Shown: positions 23,448 through 30,717 of the stretch, in pieces
Layout of the letters: every line of letters begins with the position of its first letter
Numbering within the stretch: the stretch's first letter is position 1
Source of the DNA: a virus
Taxonomy: Duplodnaviria > Heunggongvirae > Uroviricota > Caudoviricetes
Virus record (IMG/VR): IMGVR_UViG_2602041644_000008
Coordinates: 1-37,809 of that record
DNA: 37,809 nt
Direction: 5' to 3' (one strand)
Translations under genes and position numbers: made by a program
Notes under the pieces: model-generated
What the model was told of the DNA's origin: nothing
Seen by the model: the letters and a program-made list of their open reading frames with translations, nothing else
Databases searched by the model: none

Positions 23448-25123
23448 TGTGATTGCCCACCCTGACCACTAACTGCATTCGCCATAGCTGACAAAACACT
23501 CGGATCCGAAGTTTTAGCTTCGCTTAGCGTCTTGGCACCCTGTGCCGCCGCCATCCCCATCGCCATCATTTGTTGCTGCTGTTGCTGCTGTGCCCGTTGC
23601 TGGCGAGCCTGCTCAACCTGTTCCTGCGGAACAATGACGGTTGGAGACACTCCGGACATATCAGCGAATGCATCGATCGCCTGATCAACGTTGAGTTTGT
23701 CGAGAGCTTCTGGTTTCGCTTGCGCAAGTTGACCAATGAAGTTGACCGTAGACGCCAGACTGGACAGGCCGATAGACTTCTGCGCCTGAGCCATGACGGA
23801 AATGTATTCGACCTTCAGGGGCATACCTTCCATCGCGTCAGGCGGTGGCGGCAGCATGTTTTTACGCACCATCATCGAGAAAGAGCGGTCAATGAGAGGA
23901 TTAAGACATTCGTCGTTCAGACGCTCCAGAACCGGCCCCAACATCAGAAGTTTTTCTTCTTTCATTTCGATCACCGCTTCAACAGGCATCGAGCGGGTAT
24001 TGATGTTCTGCAACATCATGAACAGATCGACAAAGTAGGCGCTGTTAATGATTTGACGAGTGTCCTGAATGTCTGCTACCAAATCTGCTGTACTGGGGTT
24101 AACCAGATAAGCAGGCCTGAAGCCATCCTGACCAGTAATCTGATCGATATACGTGATGTCGCCAGGAAGAAGGGAGGCGCGCTGATTCTTGAGGGAAATC
24201 GGAGCAACCATCGGCGGATTGGTGGCTTTATCAATCAACTGCGACTTGCGCTTCTGGAGAAGCTGCAATGCCTTAACAGGTCCAAGCGCCAGCATACCCG
24301 GGCATGATGATCCATAAACATCTTCGCCGTTAACTTCCCAGCGCGGAGCCATAATTGGAAACTCATCGAATCCGGACTCACGCAACAACTTGTCGTTATC
24401 GCCACCAACCTCGTAATAAACCGATTTGAATGGCTTGTTCTTGCTATCCAGCTTCGATGTATCGCGGTCAATGTTCGGGTAAACCGAATGCATCACTTCA
24501 ATCCACTTCTCGTAGGTGCCGCTTTCCCACATGCTTTTTACGGATTCGCTGACGTTATTTAGCCCGAACTCCTGAACAAGCTGACGAACAGTCATAGAGA
24601 ACTTGCGAAAACAGGTGTCCACACTGCCACGAGGTGAGTTAGCCAGGTAGTAACTGCCTATCGGGAATGGCATTGTGCGAATGATGTCCTCGTCATCCTC
24701 CAGCACTGCCATTGCACCAGTGCTGTATGTGCCGAGGCTTCCGTATAACTGCGGCAGCGACTGATAGAGATTCGACTTATTGAACATATCGTTCATGCGG
24801 TTCTGCACCGCCTCAAGCCACAACTTAACAGGGCCATAATCCATCATTTCAGGATCTGGCGTAGCCAGGCGAAACCACGGACGCGCGGGGCTTGTGATGC
24901 CTGACATCATGCCGCTGGCGAGAGTGCGCGCCGCCATAGTCCCGGTCGAATCAATAATGCGTGTATTGCGTCGATCGTTACGGTTGACCTCAGAAGTCAG
25001 AAAGCGGGAACCACGCGGGTTGATGTAATCACTCAACTCGCGCCAGTGCGGCTCGAACGACTGACGCTCGCTTTCAAGTTGTGCGAACTGTTTGTTCAAT
25101 CGCTCTTTAGTTGTTTCCGCCAT
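23444..25123 (-). CDS. Portal protein (T7-type head-to-tail connector)
   Basis: 559 aa. The N-terminus ...RLNKQFAQLESERQSFEPHWRELSDYINPRGSRF... is typical of podovirus-type connectors. Gln-rich C-terminal tail. SD GGAG. Confidence 0.85.
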   Translation of the reverse strand: MAETTKERLNKQFAQLESERQSFEPHWRELSDYINPRGSRFLTSEVNRNDRRNTRIIDSTGTMAARTLASGMMSGITSPARPWFRLATPDPEMMDYGPVKLWLEAVQNRMNDMFNKSNLYQSLPQLYGSLGTYSTGAMAVLEDDEDIIRTMPFPIGSYYLANSPRGSVDTCFRKFSMTVRQLVQEFGLNNVSESVKSMWESGTYEKWIEVMHSVYPNIDRDTSKLDSKNKPFKSVYYEVGGDNDKLLRESGFDEFPIMAPRWEVNGEDVYGSSCPGMLALGPVKALQLLQKRKSQLIDKATNPPMVAPISLKNQRASLLPGDITYIDQITGQDGFRPAYLVNPSTADLVADIQDTRQIINSAYFVDLFMMLQNINTRSMPVEAVIEMKEEKLLMLGPVLERLNDECLNPLIDRSFSMMVRKNMLPPPPDAMEGMPLKVEYISVMAQAQKSIGLSSLASTVNFIGQLAQAKPEALDKLNVDQAIDAFADMSGVSPTVIVPQEQVEQARQQRAQQQQQQQMMAMGMAAAQGAKTLSEAKTSDPSVLSAMANAVSGQGGQSQ

Positions 25124-25137
25124 TTCAATGACTCCGG

Positions 25138-25344
25138 TTACTGACCAAGCAGCGTTTTACCGCTGGTATTAGCGGTTGATGTGTCACCCTGAGAACCGGT
25201 AAGCAGCGTAGAACTACGACCAGCAGCAGCGCGACGGCGACGTGTTTCTTCGTCGCGGGCATCAACAACGGCGGCATCCTGCTCCTGTGGTGCTGCCTGA
25301 ACTTCTGGTGTTGCAGGCACTGATGGTGAGCTACCCATGCACAT
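25138..25344 (-). CDS. Small protein preceding the portal gene, function unknown
   Basis: 68 aa, SD GGAG 8 nt upstream, Ala/Arg/Thr-rich and probably disordered. Confidence 0.55.
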   Translation of the reverse strand: MCMGSSPSVPATPEVQAAPQEQDAAVVDARDEETRRRRAAAGRSSTLLTGSQGDTSTANTSGKTLLGQ

Positions 25345-25434
25345 ATCAATGACTCCGTACGCAATTAAATTATTACCAATTTAACCACATATGATTTATT
25401 TATCGTAGATAATTGACATTTAACGCACGAGTTA

Positions 25435-25449
25435 TTACCTTTCAGGTAA
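25435..25449. promoter_or_regulatory. Operator copy (exact)
   Basis: TTACCTTTCAGGTAA, identical to the copy at 6041. A TTGACA hexamer lies at 25413-25418 on the plus strand, 16 nt upstream. Confidence 0.75.
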
Positions 25450-25771
25450 GCAAAGAGTTCATTCCGGTTATTAACCTGACTGGCTTGTCGTTAAATTGAA
25501 CAGGTGGAGTGAGCTTTTATTTTGAGCAGTACGGCGTATGGCACATGCGCCGATAGCGGTCTGGATACGTTTAAGGGGTACCCTCCCTTGCTCGGGCAAA
25601 CGAACCAGGTAGCCGGAATGTGCAAGTCGAGCGGTTTTATTCCGCGCACGGGGATTCACCATCCCGGCGATTCGGTGTGACGCCTCGGAAGAGACGAGGG
25701 TACAACGATGAGAGCATTTATGGAGCCGCGACAAAGTGTGGCGCCTTAACAGGCTAAGTGCTCTCAGCGTT
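25450..25771 (+). ncRNA. Unassigned structured noncoding segment, probably co-transcribed with the downstream tRNA
   Basis: Stops occur in all three plus-strand frames. Long-range pairing GTACCCTC (25578-85) with GAGGGTAC (25696-703). Local hairpins TTGC-UCGG-GCAA (25588-99), CGGAAT/ATTCCG (25614-19 / 25639-44), GGGAT-TCACC-ATCCC (25651-65), GGCG/CGCC (25666-69 / 25681-84) and AGAGCA/TGCTCT (25711-16 / 25759-64). I could not assign it to a known family. Confidence 0.45.
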
Positions 25772-25848
25772 GTGGCATTAGCTCAGTTGGACAGAGCAAC
25801 CGCCTTCTAAGCGGTTGGTTGCAGGTTCGAATCCTGCATGCCACGCCA
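25772..25848 (+). tRNA. tRNA-Arg (anticodon UCU, reads AGA)
   Basis: Hand-folded 77-nt cloverleaf: acceptor GTGGCAT/ATGCCAC, D arm GCTC-AGTTGGACA-GAGC, anticodon arm ACCGC-CTTCTAA-GCGGT, variable loop TGGTT, T arm GCAGG-TTCGAAT-CCTGC, discriminator G, encoded CCA. Confidence 0.9.
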
Positions 25849-25891
25849 GAATCACGCCTAAGGACCGTGATGCCAGAAGTTCCAGGTGCTT

Positions 25892-25933
25892 GGCGGTGAC
25901 AGTTTCCCTTGAAGGACTATCACCGCCCTTTTT
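25892..25933 (+). terminator. Rho-independent terminator about 45 nt after the tRNA
   Basis: GGCGGTGA...TCACCGCC stem (8 bp) followed by CTTTTT. An additional ATCACG/CGTGAT hairpin lies at 25851-25871. Confidence 0.7.
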
Positions 25934-26011
25934 ACAGCAGGACGCCATTGCGATGACTTCATGCTGTAAACCCGTACAGCCACGGAAGGCATAACTCATT
26001 GCTTCCAGTTC

Positions 26012-26035
26012 GCCCGGTTCGCCGGGCATTTTTTT
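26012..26035 (+). terminator. Strong rho-independent terminator just upstream of the Gp49-like gene
   Basis: GCCCGG-TTCG-CCGGGC followed by A and T7. Ends 11 nt before ATG 26047. Confidence 0.8.
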
Positions 26036-26046
26036 AAGGTGAGATT

Positions 26047-26403
26047 ATGAACGACCAGCAAATCGAAAAAGAAATCGTTGAGAAAGGCAAAACCGCTCCG
26101 CGAGTTACGCCTCAATATATCGAAAGCATCATTCTTGAAGAGCATTTCTTTACTGCTTATGACGGCATTCGTGCTGCCAATATGGGCGTTGGCGATACGT
26201 GGACAGCGCATAAATCTACAGACCTCCTTACTTTCTGCGTACTGGTGCTGAAGAATGGCTTCACCGTCACCGGAGAGAGCGCATGTGCAAGCCCGGAAAA
26301 CTTTGATGCAGAAATTGGTCGGAAGATTGCCAGGCAGAATGCTGTAAACAAAATCTGGATGCTTGAAGGTTACTTGCTGAAGCAGAAGTTAAGCGAGCAA
26401 TAA
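26047..26403 (+). CDS. Gp49-like phage protein (N4 gp49 / Sf6 gp66 family), function unknown
   Basis: 118 aa, SD AAGGTGAG. The block NGFTVTGESACASPENFDAEIGRKIARQNAVNKIWMLEGYLLKQ matches my recollection of that family. Confidence 0.7.
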   Translation: MNDQQIEKEIVEKGKTAPRVTPQYIESIILEEHFFTAYDGIRAANMGVGDTWTAHKSTDLLTFCVLVLKNGFTVTGESACASPENFDAEIGRKIARQNAVNKIWMLEGYLLKQKLSEQ

Positions 26404-26407
26404 CACC

Positions 26408-26419
26408 GTGACATGTCAC
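26408..26419. repeat. 12-bp perfect palindrome GTGACATGTCAC, copy 1
   Basis: Lies between the Gp49-like stop and its terminator. The 14-mer CGTGACATGTCACA is identical to the copy at 28672-28685. Confidence 0.7.
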
Positions 26420-26423
26420 AAAC

Positions 26424-26452
26424 AGCCAGCCTATGAGCTGGCTTTGTTTTAT
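26424..26452 (+). terminator. Terminator after the Gp49-like gene
   Basis: AGCCAGC-N6-GCTGGCT followed by TTGTTTTAT. Confidence 0.7.
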
Positions 26453-26493
26453 CCTCACCAGAGGATATCAACGACATTATCCCCACCAGCGGA

Positions 26494-27969
26494 TTAAGCA
26501 TAGGGATCGTAATCTGTAATGGCCTTGCCTTGCTGGTTCTGCTGACCTGGAATTCGCAGACGCTTCGACACAGGGAAAGCAAACGTCAGCAATAGCGCAT
26601 CGCCTTTACCCGGCGAACGCCCAAGCCGCTCCTTGATATCTTCCTTCGGTTCGATAACGATTTTACCGTCCACTCGAACTTTGTACTCTGCCGCCGACAG
26701 GTCGTCCGCTGTTTCCTGGTCATCAAGCATCCCGCCCAGCCTCAGCCATGTCTTGCATGAGTTGAACATCTCCCCACGCTTGTTGAGCATCTGCGGGTCA
26801 GTAGACGCGCCACCGAACGGAACAAGTTGCCATGTGCGCCCCCAACCGTCACCGATTGACTTCAGACCGGTACCGTAACCAAAGTCGATGAACACTGCGT
26901 CAGCCTGATACAGGTCTTCAAAGTCAGCGATACGCTTCGCCATAATCAGATCGTCGGTAGTCTTGTTGCCAGTCCACAGCACCTTACTGTGTAGCCCCTG
27001 CCGCAGGTATATCACCGCGTCATCAACGCCTGAATATGCCGGGTCAACACCGATTATCACCGGAGCATGCGCCACCTGCGCAGCGGTTACCACCCGTTTC
27101 ATTGCCTCATCAGTAAGACCGGTAGGGATAAACTGCAATTCAGATGCATCAGGGAATATGCCGCGCACACGGATTTTAACGAAGTCGCTGTCTTCCCCGT
27201 AGTCATCAACCCATTTCTGCAACTGCTGTTTGTTAGTGCCTTCCACCGTCCGGCTGTCAATCTGCGCAGTTTTCCAGCGGTGTTTATATTTGCGGAAACA
27301 TTCGCGGAAACGCCCGGTGTTACGTGTAGGGTTTCCGAACGCCACCCAGATAATCTCAGTGTCTTCGTCCGTAAGCGCACCCTCAGCAACTTCCCACACC
27401 AGATCCGCAATGTTCGACGCTTCATCGAATACCACGATGATGCGTTTGCGCTCGTTGTGTAGTCCGGCGAATGCCTCAGTGTTGTGCTCAGACCAGGGTA
27501 TTGCGTCAGCCCGCCACCGCTTGTCGTGCCCAGGGTCATTGCTGTACATCGCGGTAGCGGTACAGGTAAACCAGTCTTTCGTGATAGCAAGGTTAGACCA
27601 CTTGATAATTTCCGGCCAGGTCTTCGTTCGTAGCTGGTTGTCGGTGTTAGCGGTCACCACAACCTTACAATCCTCGCAAGTGGACATGCCCCAGTTGATC
27701 AGCATTGAGATGAATGCGGATTTACCAATACCGTGACCAGAAGCGCGTGCCAGCATAAGCGGCTGATAGCGCGTCTCTGGATTCTGCAGGTGATCACGTA
27801 TCTCTCGGAACGCATCAGCCTGCCACTGACGTGGGCCGGTGGCATGTGCCAGTTCAGTCCCCTCTTCCCCCCACGGGAACGCATAGAGAGCATAGCCAAG
27901 CGGATCGTGAGTGAACCCTGCAATATCCTCGATCAACTGCTCTTCAGGAGATAACGCTGTATCTGTCAC
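26494..27969 (-). CDS. Terminase large subunit
   Basis: 491 aa. ATPase-like N-terminal half (ARASGHGIGKSAF Walker-A-like; IIVVFDEAS Walker-B-like). ATGA overlap with the small-subunit gene. Confidence 0.85.
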   Translation of the reverse strand: MTDTALSPEEQLIEDIAGFTHDPLGYALYAFPWGEEGTELAHATGPRQWQADAFREIRDHLQNPETRYQPLMLARASGHGIGKSAFISMLINWGMSTCEDCKVVVTANTDNQLRTKTWPEIIKWSNLAITKDWFTCTATAMYSNDPGHDKRWRADAIPWSEHNTEAFAGLHNERKRIIVVFDEASNIADLVWEVAEGALTDEDTEIIWVAFGNPTRNTGRFRECFRKYKHRWKTAQIDSRTVEGTNKQQLQKWVDDYGEDSDFVKIRVRGIFPDASELQFIPTGLTDEAMKRVVTAAQVAHAPVIIGVDPAYSGVDDAVIYLRQGLHSKVLWTGNKTTDDLIMAKRIADFEDLYQADAVFIDFGYGTGLKSIGDGWGRTWQLVPFGGASTDPQMLNKRGEMFNSCKTWLRLGGMLDDQETADDLSAAEYKVRVDGKIVIEPKEDIKERLGRSPGKGDALLLTFAFPVSKRLRIPGQQNQQGKAITDYDPYA

Positions 27970-28562
27970 TGATTACCATCCTGACGTTCTTTGAGTCGCT
28001 TCCTGGCTGCCGCTATGCGATCAGCAATTGTCACATTCACATTAACATCCAGGCGTTCTTTGAACGCGTTGACATCAACATGCTTACCAATCAGCTCAAG
28101 GTTCTTCACCTTGTCAGGCCATTTAATTTTTTTGAGGATTGTCTCTATCGAATCCTCGTTCATGTTCATGATGGTCGATGACAGATCAAAGCCACTAAGC
28201 GTAGTGCGCCAGATTTTCGGCCACTCACGGATTGGTTTAAGGCTCCCATCGTCGTTGAGGATGTCGATCACGTCCATCTGGTCGATCTCCACCAGGCGCA
28301 TGAGAACGTAATCAGCACTGACGCGCATTCGTTTGTTGCGCTCCTCCATCAACTCGGCAATCCGTTTTTGAATGCGTTCATCGCGCATCATGACACTGGC
28401 TTTAACTGCCGCTGTATTTGGGGAGAATCCTGCGTTAATCGCTGCCTGAGTTTGGTTTTCAGGCGTTTTGATGTATGACTGGCAATAAGCCTCCTGCATT
28501 GTTGTTAGTGGCTTAAATTGCGTTGATTTGCGTTTATAGGTTTTAGGTTCAGCAGGCATCAT
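27966..28562 (-). CDS. Terminase small subunit
   Basis: The track ORF extends to 28640, but that extension contains a terminator hairpin and two operator copies. ATG 28562/28559 (MMPAEPKTYKRK...) follows SD GGTGG. The HTH-like segment QEAYCQSYIKTPENQTQAAINAGFS is typical of Terminase_2-type small subunits. Confidence 0.75.
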   Translation of the reverse strand: MMPAEPKTYKRKSTQFKPLTTMQEAYCQSYIKTPENQTQAAINAGFSPNTAAVKASVMMRDERIQKRIAELMEERNKRMRVSADYVLMRLVEIDQMDVIDILNDDGSLKPIREWPKIWRTTLSGFDLSSTIMNMNEDSIETILKKIKWPDKVKNLELIGKHVDVNAFKERLDVNVNVTIADRIAAARKRLKERQDGNQ

Positions 28563-28576
28563 AACCACCGTGGTAA
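28562..28576. promoter_or_regulatory. Operator-like copy (1 mismatch) over the terS SD/start codon
   Basis: TAACCACCGTGGTAA, 18 bp centre-to-centre from the exact copy at 28580. Confidence 0.5.
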
Positions 28577-28579
28577 TAG

Positions 28580-28594
28580 TTACCGTTGTGGTAA
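28580..28594. promoter_or_regulatory. Operator copy (exact) in the terminase leader
   Basis: TTACCGTTGTGGTAA, about 20 nt upstream of the terS start. Confidence 0.7.
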
Positions 28595-28600
28595 TAGTAC

Positions 28601-28631
28601 CATGCAAAATAAAGCCGCCATAGTTGGCGGC
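28601..28631 (-). terminator. Rho-independent terminator in the late-operon leader
   Basis: The minus strand reads GCCGCCA-ACTA-TGGCGGC followed by TTTATTTTG. It lies between the palindrome at 28673 and terS. Confidence 0.7.
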
Positions 28632-28672
28632 AGTATTCAAAATCCATCAAATTCATCATGCATAATCTACTC

Positions 28673-28684
28673 GTGACATGTCAC
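28673..28684. repeat. 12-bp perfect palindrome GTGACATGTCAC, copy 2
   Basis: Overlaps the TGA stop of the 115-aa gene, about 40 nt upstream (minus-strand sense) of the leader terminator. Confidence 0.7.
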
Positions 28685-29028
28685 ACTATTAATTTCGTTT
28701 CATGCCAGCCTTTAGTCACCCAGCATTGCGAGTCACCATTACACGGGCATGAATTAACGGGAACTCTCTCGCCGCACTTACCGCAAAGTTTTCTGCTGAT
28801 CGATTTTATACGCCCGCGCACACGTGCATCATCCTGGCGGATCAGCAGCGCGATGTACTCGGCCATTTCATAGGGATCGCGACCAGGGCGCCGGGCGGCG
28901 CAGTTCCGCGCCAGCATTTCCTGCTCCTGCTTATCCAGCACCAGTTCAATTTTGCGCTCACCGGCGGCGGACTGCCGAGCGCGCTGCGCGGCTTTGCGTT
29001 CTGCGGGGGATTTAGCCACGAATCGCAC
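28681..29028 (-). CDS. Small basic protein with C-terminal Cys cluster; candidate late-gene regulator
   Basis: 115 aa with a GTG start. Arg/Ala-rich N-terminus (KSPAERKAAQRARQSAAGERK) and C-terminal CGKCGERVPVNSCPCNGDSQC. Last gene before the late leader. Confidence 0.55.
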   Translation of the reverse strand: MRFVAKSPAERKAAQRARQSAAGERKIELVLDKQEQEMLARNCAARRPGRDPYEMAEYIALLIRQDDARVRGRIKSISRKLCGKCGERVPVNSCPCNGDSQCWVTKGWHETKLIV

Positions 29029-29134
29029 TCCACGCCAGATTGATTAATGACTCCCAGGCAATATAAACCCGGATACCAGCAGCCAGGCCGAAACCAATCA
29101 CCATGGCATAAAGCAGAGCGTTGCACTTGTTCAT
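29012..29134 (-). CDS. Unlisted 40-aa single-TM peptide ORF
   Basis: ATG overlaps the TAA of the DUF551 gene (TAATG). Sequence MNKCNALLYAMVIGFGLAAGIRVYIAWESLINLAWSAIRG. Below the ORF-track size cutoff; no independent support. Confidence 0.35.
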   Translation of the reverse strand: MNKCNALLYAMVIGFGLAAGIRVYIAWESLINLAWSAIRG

Positions 29135-29904
29135 TACTTCACCTCCTGCGGTGGTTCCGGTAGCGGCATCCAGTGGGTTGCTTGCTCAATACCATTACCC
29201 GGCTTAATCGTTGCATCTCCGCGCCGAAAGGTGCTTCCGGTATAGCGTGCGGAGCATATTAGCGGTTCAACCAGAGAGCTATCGAAATTCACCGAAATAA
29301 GCACGTTCTGGCCCTTTTCAGGCATTCGCTCACTACAGCTTATCCAACCATCCGGAGTTACCGGAGTTGGTCCATCGAATTCGGGCATGTCAGGACCTTT
29401 TCTGATAGCTTTAGCCAGCTCCAGCGGGTCATCGTAAAGCCAGTCGCCAGTTTGTGGGTGATTTGCTTCTGCAAGCTGCGCAGCCCATTCAAGACCATCT
29501 TTTTGACCTTGGAGATAATCAAGTGGCAACTCTTCATGATTACTTGCAGGTTCGGCACCATGAAGCATGGCGGCGCGGCAGGCGTTCCAGCCTCTCACCT
29601 CTGCAATAGCGGCAACAGCATCAACCGCGTACATGCTAAGAGGATTAGGCATTGGTTTTTCTTCCGGTACTACTGGCACTGGAGGGGTGGCGTAGAGTGG
29701 AACTCCTCCCCCTCCACCAGAAAATTCATTGCGAGCGTTATACTCACGACCATCTGCGTCATCACGCATCCACGCCACCGCTTCTGCTTCCAGCGATGCC
29801 AGTGCGATTTCATAAGCCCGACGCTCAATATTGTCTCGGACGTCCAGGCTGCCTATACGCTCTCTGATTTCTTTAATCAGTTCTTTGTCGGTTAAAGTGG
29901 TCAT
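29134..29904 (-). CDS. DUF551-domain protein
   Basis: 256 aa. The C-terminal WISCSERMPEKGQNVLIS...ATHWMPLPEPP is the DUF551 signature common in enterobacterial prophage early regions. Confidence 0.7.
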   Translation of the reverse strand: MTTLTDKELIKEIRERIGSLDVRDNIERRAYEIALASLEAEAVAWMRDDADGREYNARNEFSGGGGGVPLYATPPVPVVPEEKPMPNPLSMYAVDAVAAIAEVRGWNACRAAMLHGAEPASNHEELPLDYLQGQKDGLEWAAQLAEANHPQTGDWLYDDPLELAKAIRKGPDMPEFDGPTPVTPDGWISCSERMPEKGQNVLISVNFDSSLVEPLICSARYTGSTFRRGDATIKPGNGIEQATHWMPLPEPPQEVK

Positions 29905-30434
29905 GCTGCGTTTCCTTCTTTCTTATTAACAATTACACCGTCATATATTTCATTAAGGTGTCCTCTTAGCTCCATGCGCCTTAATGCAGATAACATGTAA
30001 TCGCATTCAACCTGCTTATTCCCAGTAAATGGCTTATCGTCAGGATTACCCCAACAGCAATTACCCCTGGGCCATCCATGTACTTTCCGTACTCTTCCGT
30101 TAACAACGTGAAGTAATCCCCAGCCGGGAGGTAAATCCTCAACTGAAATAATTTCCGGCTCACTAATAAAGAATCGCCAGTCGCCCATGCCAAGTGAGGG
30201 ATTTTTACGGAAACGCTTTTTTCTATCTGCCAACAAGTCAGCACGAGAACACTTCGCCTCTATCAGGCATGATGCTGAATTTCTGAATCCCATAGCATCT
30301 GGCTGTTCTCCGGTACTGGTTACAGCAACAAAGCGGTCATGAAAGCAAACCTTGAACCCGTTGCGCTTAAGGAACTTGTACGCAATCTGACAGAGTTCGT
30401 GGTGTGTTAACGCCATATCACTTTCCTTTCCCAT
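29901..30434 (-). CDS. PD-(D/E)XK-type nuclease-fold protein
   Basis: 177 aa; a more likely start is ATG 30416 after AAGGAAAG. Motif ...GEQPDAMGF...CLIEAKCSRADL has the D...ExK arrangement. Confidence 0.5.
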   Translation of the reverse strand: MGKESDMALTHHELCQIAYKFLKRNGFKVCFHDRFVAVTSTGEQPDAMGFRNSASCLIEAKCSRADLLADRKKRFRKNPSLGMGDWRFFISEPEIISVEDLPPGWGLLHVVNGRVRKVHGWPRGNCCWGNPDDKPFTGNKQVECDYMLSALRRMELRGHLNEIYDGVIVNKKEGNAA

Positions 30435-30452
30435 GTTGTCATGTGTTAGTCC

Positions 30453-30716
30453 TTATCCTGCTGTGCTTTCAACTGATGAGGGGAATAAAATCTTTTCATC
30501 AAATCCGGCATTCATATCATGGACAGCAACACACCAATCCATCGACGAACGATTATCAAGAGCCTCCATGATTTCATCCATGCGGCGCAGGTCATACAGG
30601 TAAATGCTTTTATCGCCAATGGTGTAAAAACCAATTTTTTTCGGTGATGGGCAGCGATCAAGAACGTCCTGTAATTCGCTCAACCATGCTTGTTCTTTTT
30701 TTGTCAAAGTTGCCAT
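30453..30716 (-). CDS. Hypothetical early protein
   Basis: 87-aa ORF in operon context, 1 nt after the upstream stop. Confidence 0.55.
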   Translation of the reverse strand: MATLTKKEQAWLSELQDVLDRCPSPKKIGFYTIGDKSIYLYDLRRMDEIMEALDNRSSMDWCVAVHDMNAGFDEKILFPSSVESTAG

Positions 30717-30717
30717 A

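Noticed and set aside
19512-24307. Long plus-strand ORFs antisense to structural genes (19512-20216, 20450-20911, 22438-23019, 23570-24307 and similar)
   Set aside because: All lie inside long, well-supported minus-strand genes with coupled starts. They have low-complexity or Leu/Arg-rich compositions typical of antisense frames.
25588-25612. Resemblance of GGGCAAACGAACCAGGTAGCC to the GGCAAACC/GGTAGGTAGC elements of c-di-GMP-I (GEMM) riboswitches
   Set aside because: Only short fragments match. I could not reconstruct the two-helix tetraloop/receptor architecture, and it needs a covariance-model scan before any claim can be made.
25649-25700. Possible second (pseudo-)tRNA upstream of tRNA-Arg, suggested by a GGGAT-TCACC-ATCCC hairpin
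   Set aside because: The loop is not a T-loop (no TTCRA). No complementary acceptor strand or D-arm could be found.
25471-25734. 87-aa minus-strand ORF across the noncoding region upstream of the tRNA
   Set aside because: It starts with TTG and has no SD. The composition is Arg-rich and odd. It lies exactly over the helix-dense segment, where G+C-rich stems keep frames open by chance. I treat the region as RNA, not protein.
25778-26029. 83-aa minus-strand ORF overlapping the tRNA-Arg gene and its terminators
   Set aside because: It is antisense to a well-folded tRNA and to two terminator hairpins. There is no SD, so it is almost certainly spurious.
28563-28640. N-terminal extension of the terS ORF (MNTAANYGGFILHGTITTTVTITTVV...)
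   Set aside because: The extension is encoded by a terminator hairpin and two operator copies. The internal ATG pair at 28562/28559 has an SD and begins the conserved basic N-terminus.
28842-29126. 94-aa alternate-frame ORF overlapping the 115-aa gene
   Set aside because: It overlaps a better-supported frame, and its N-terminal part coincides with the more plausible 40-aa TM peptide frame only partially. There is no SD at its start.
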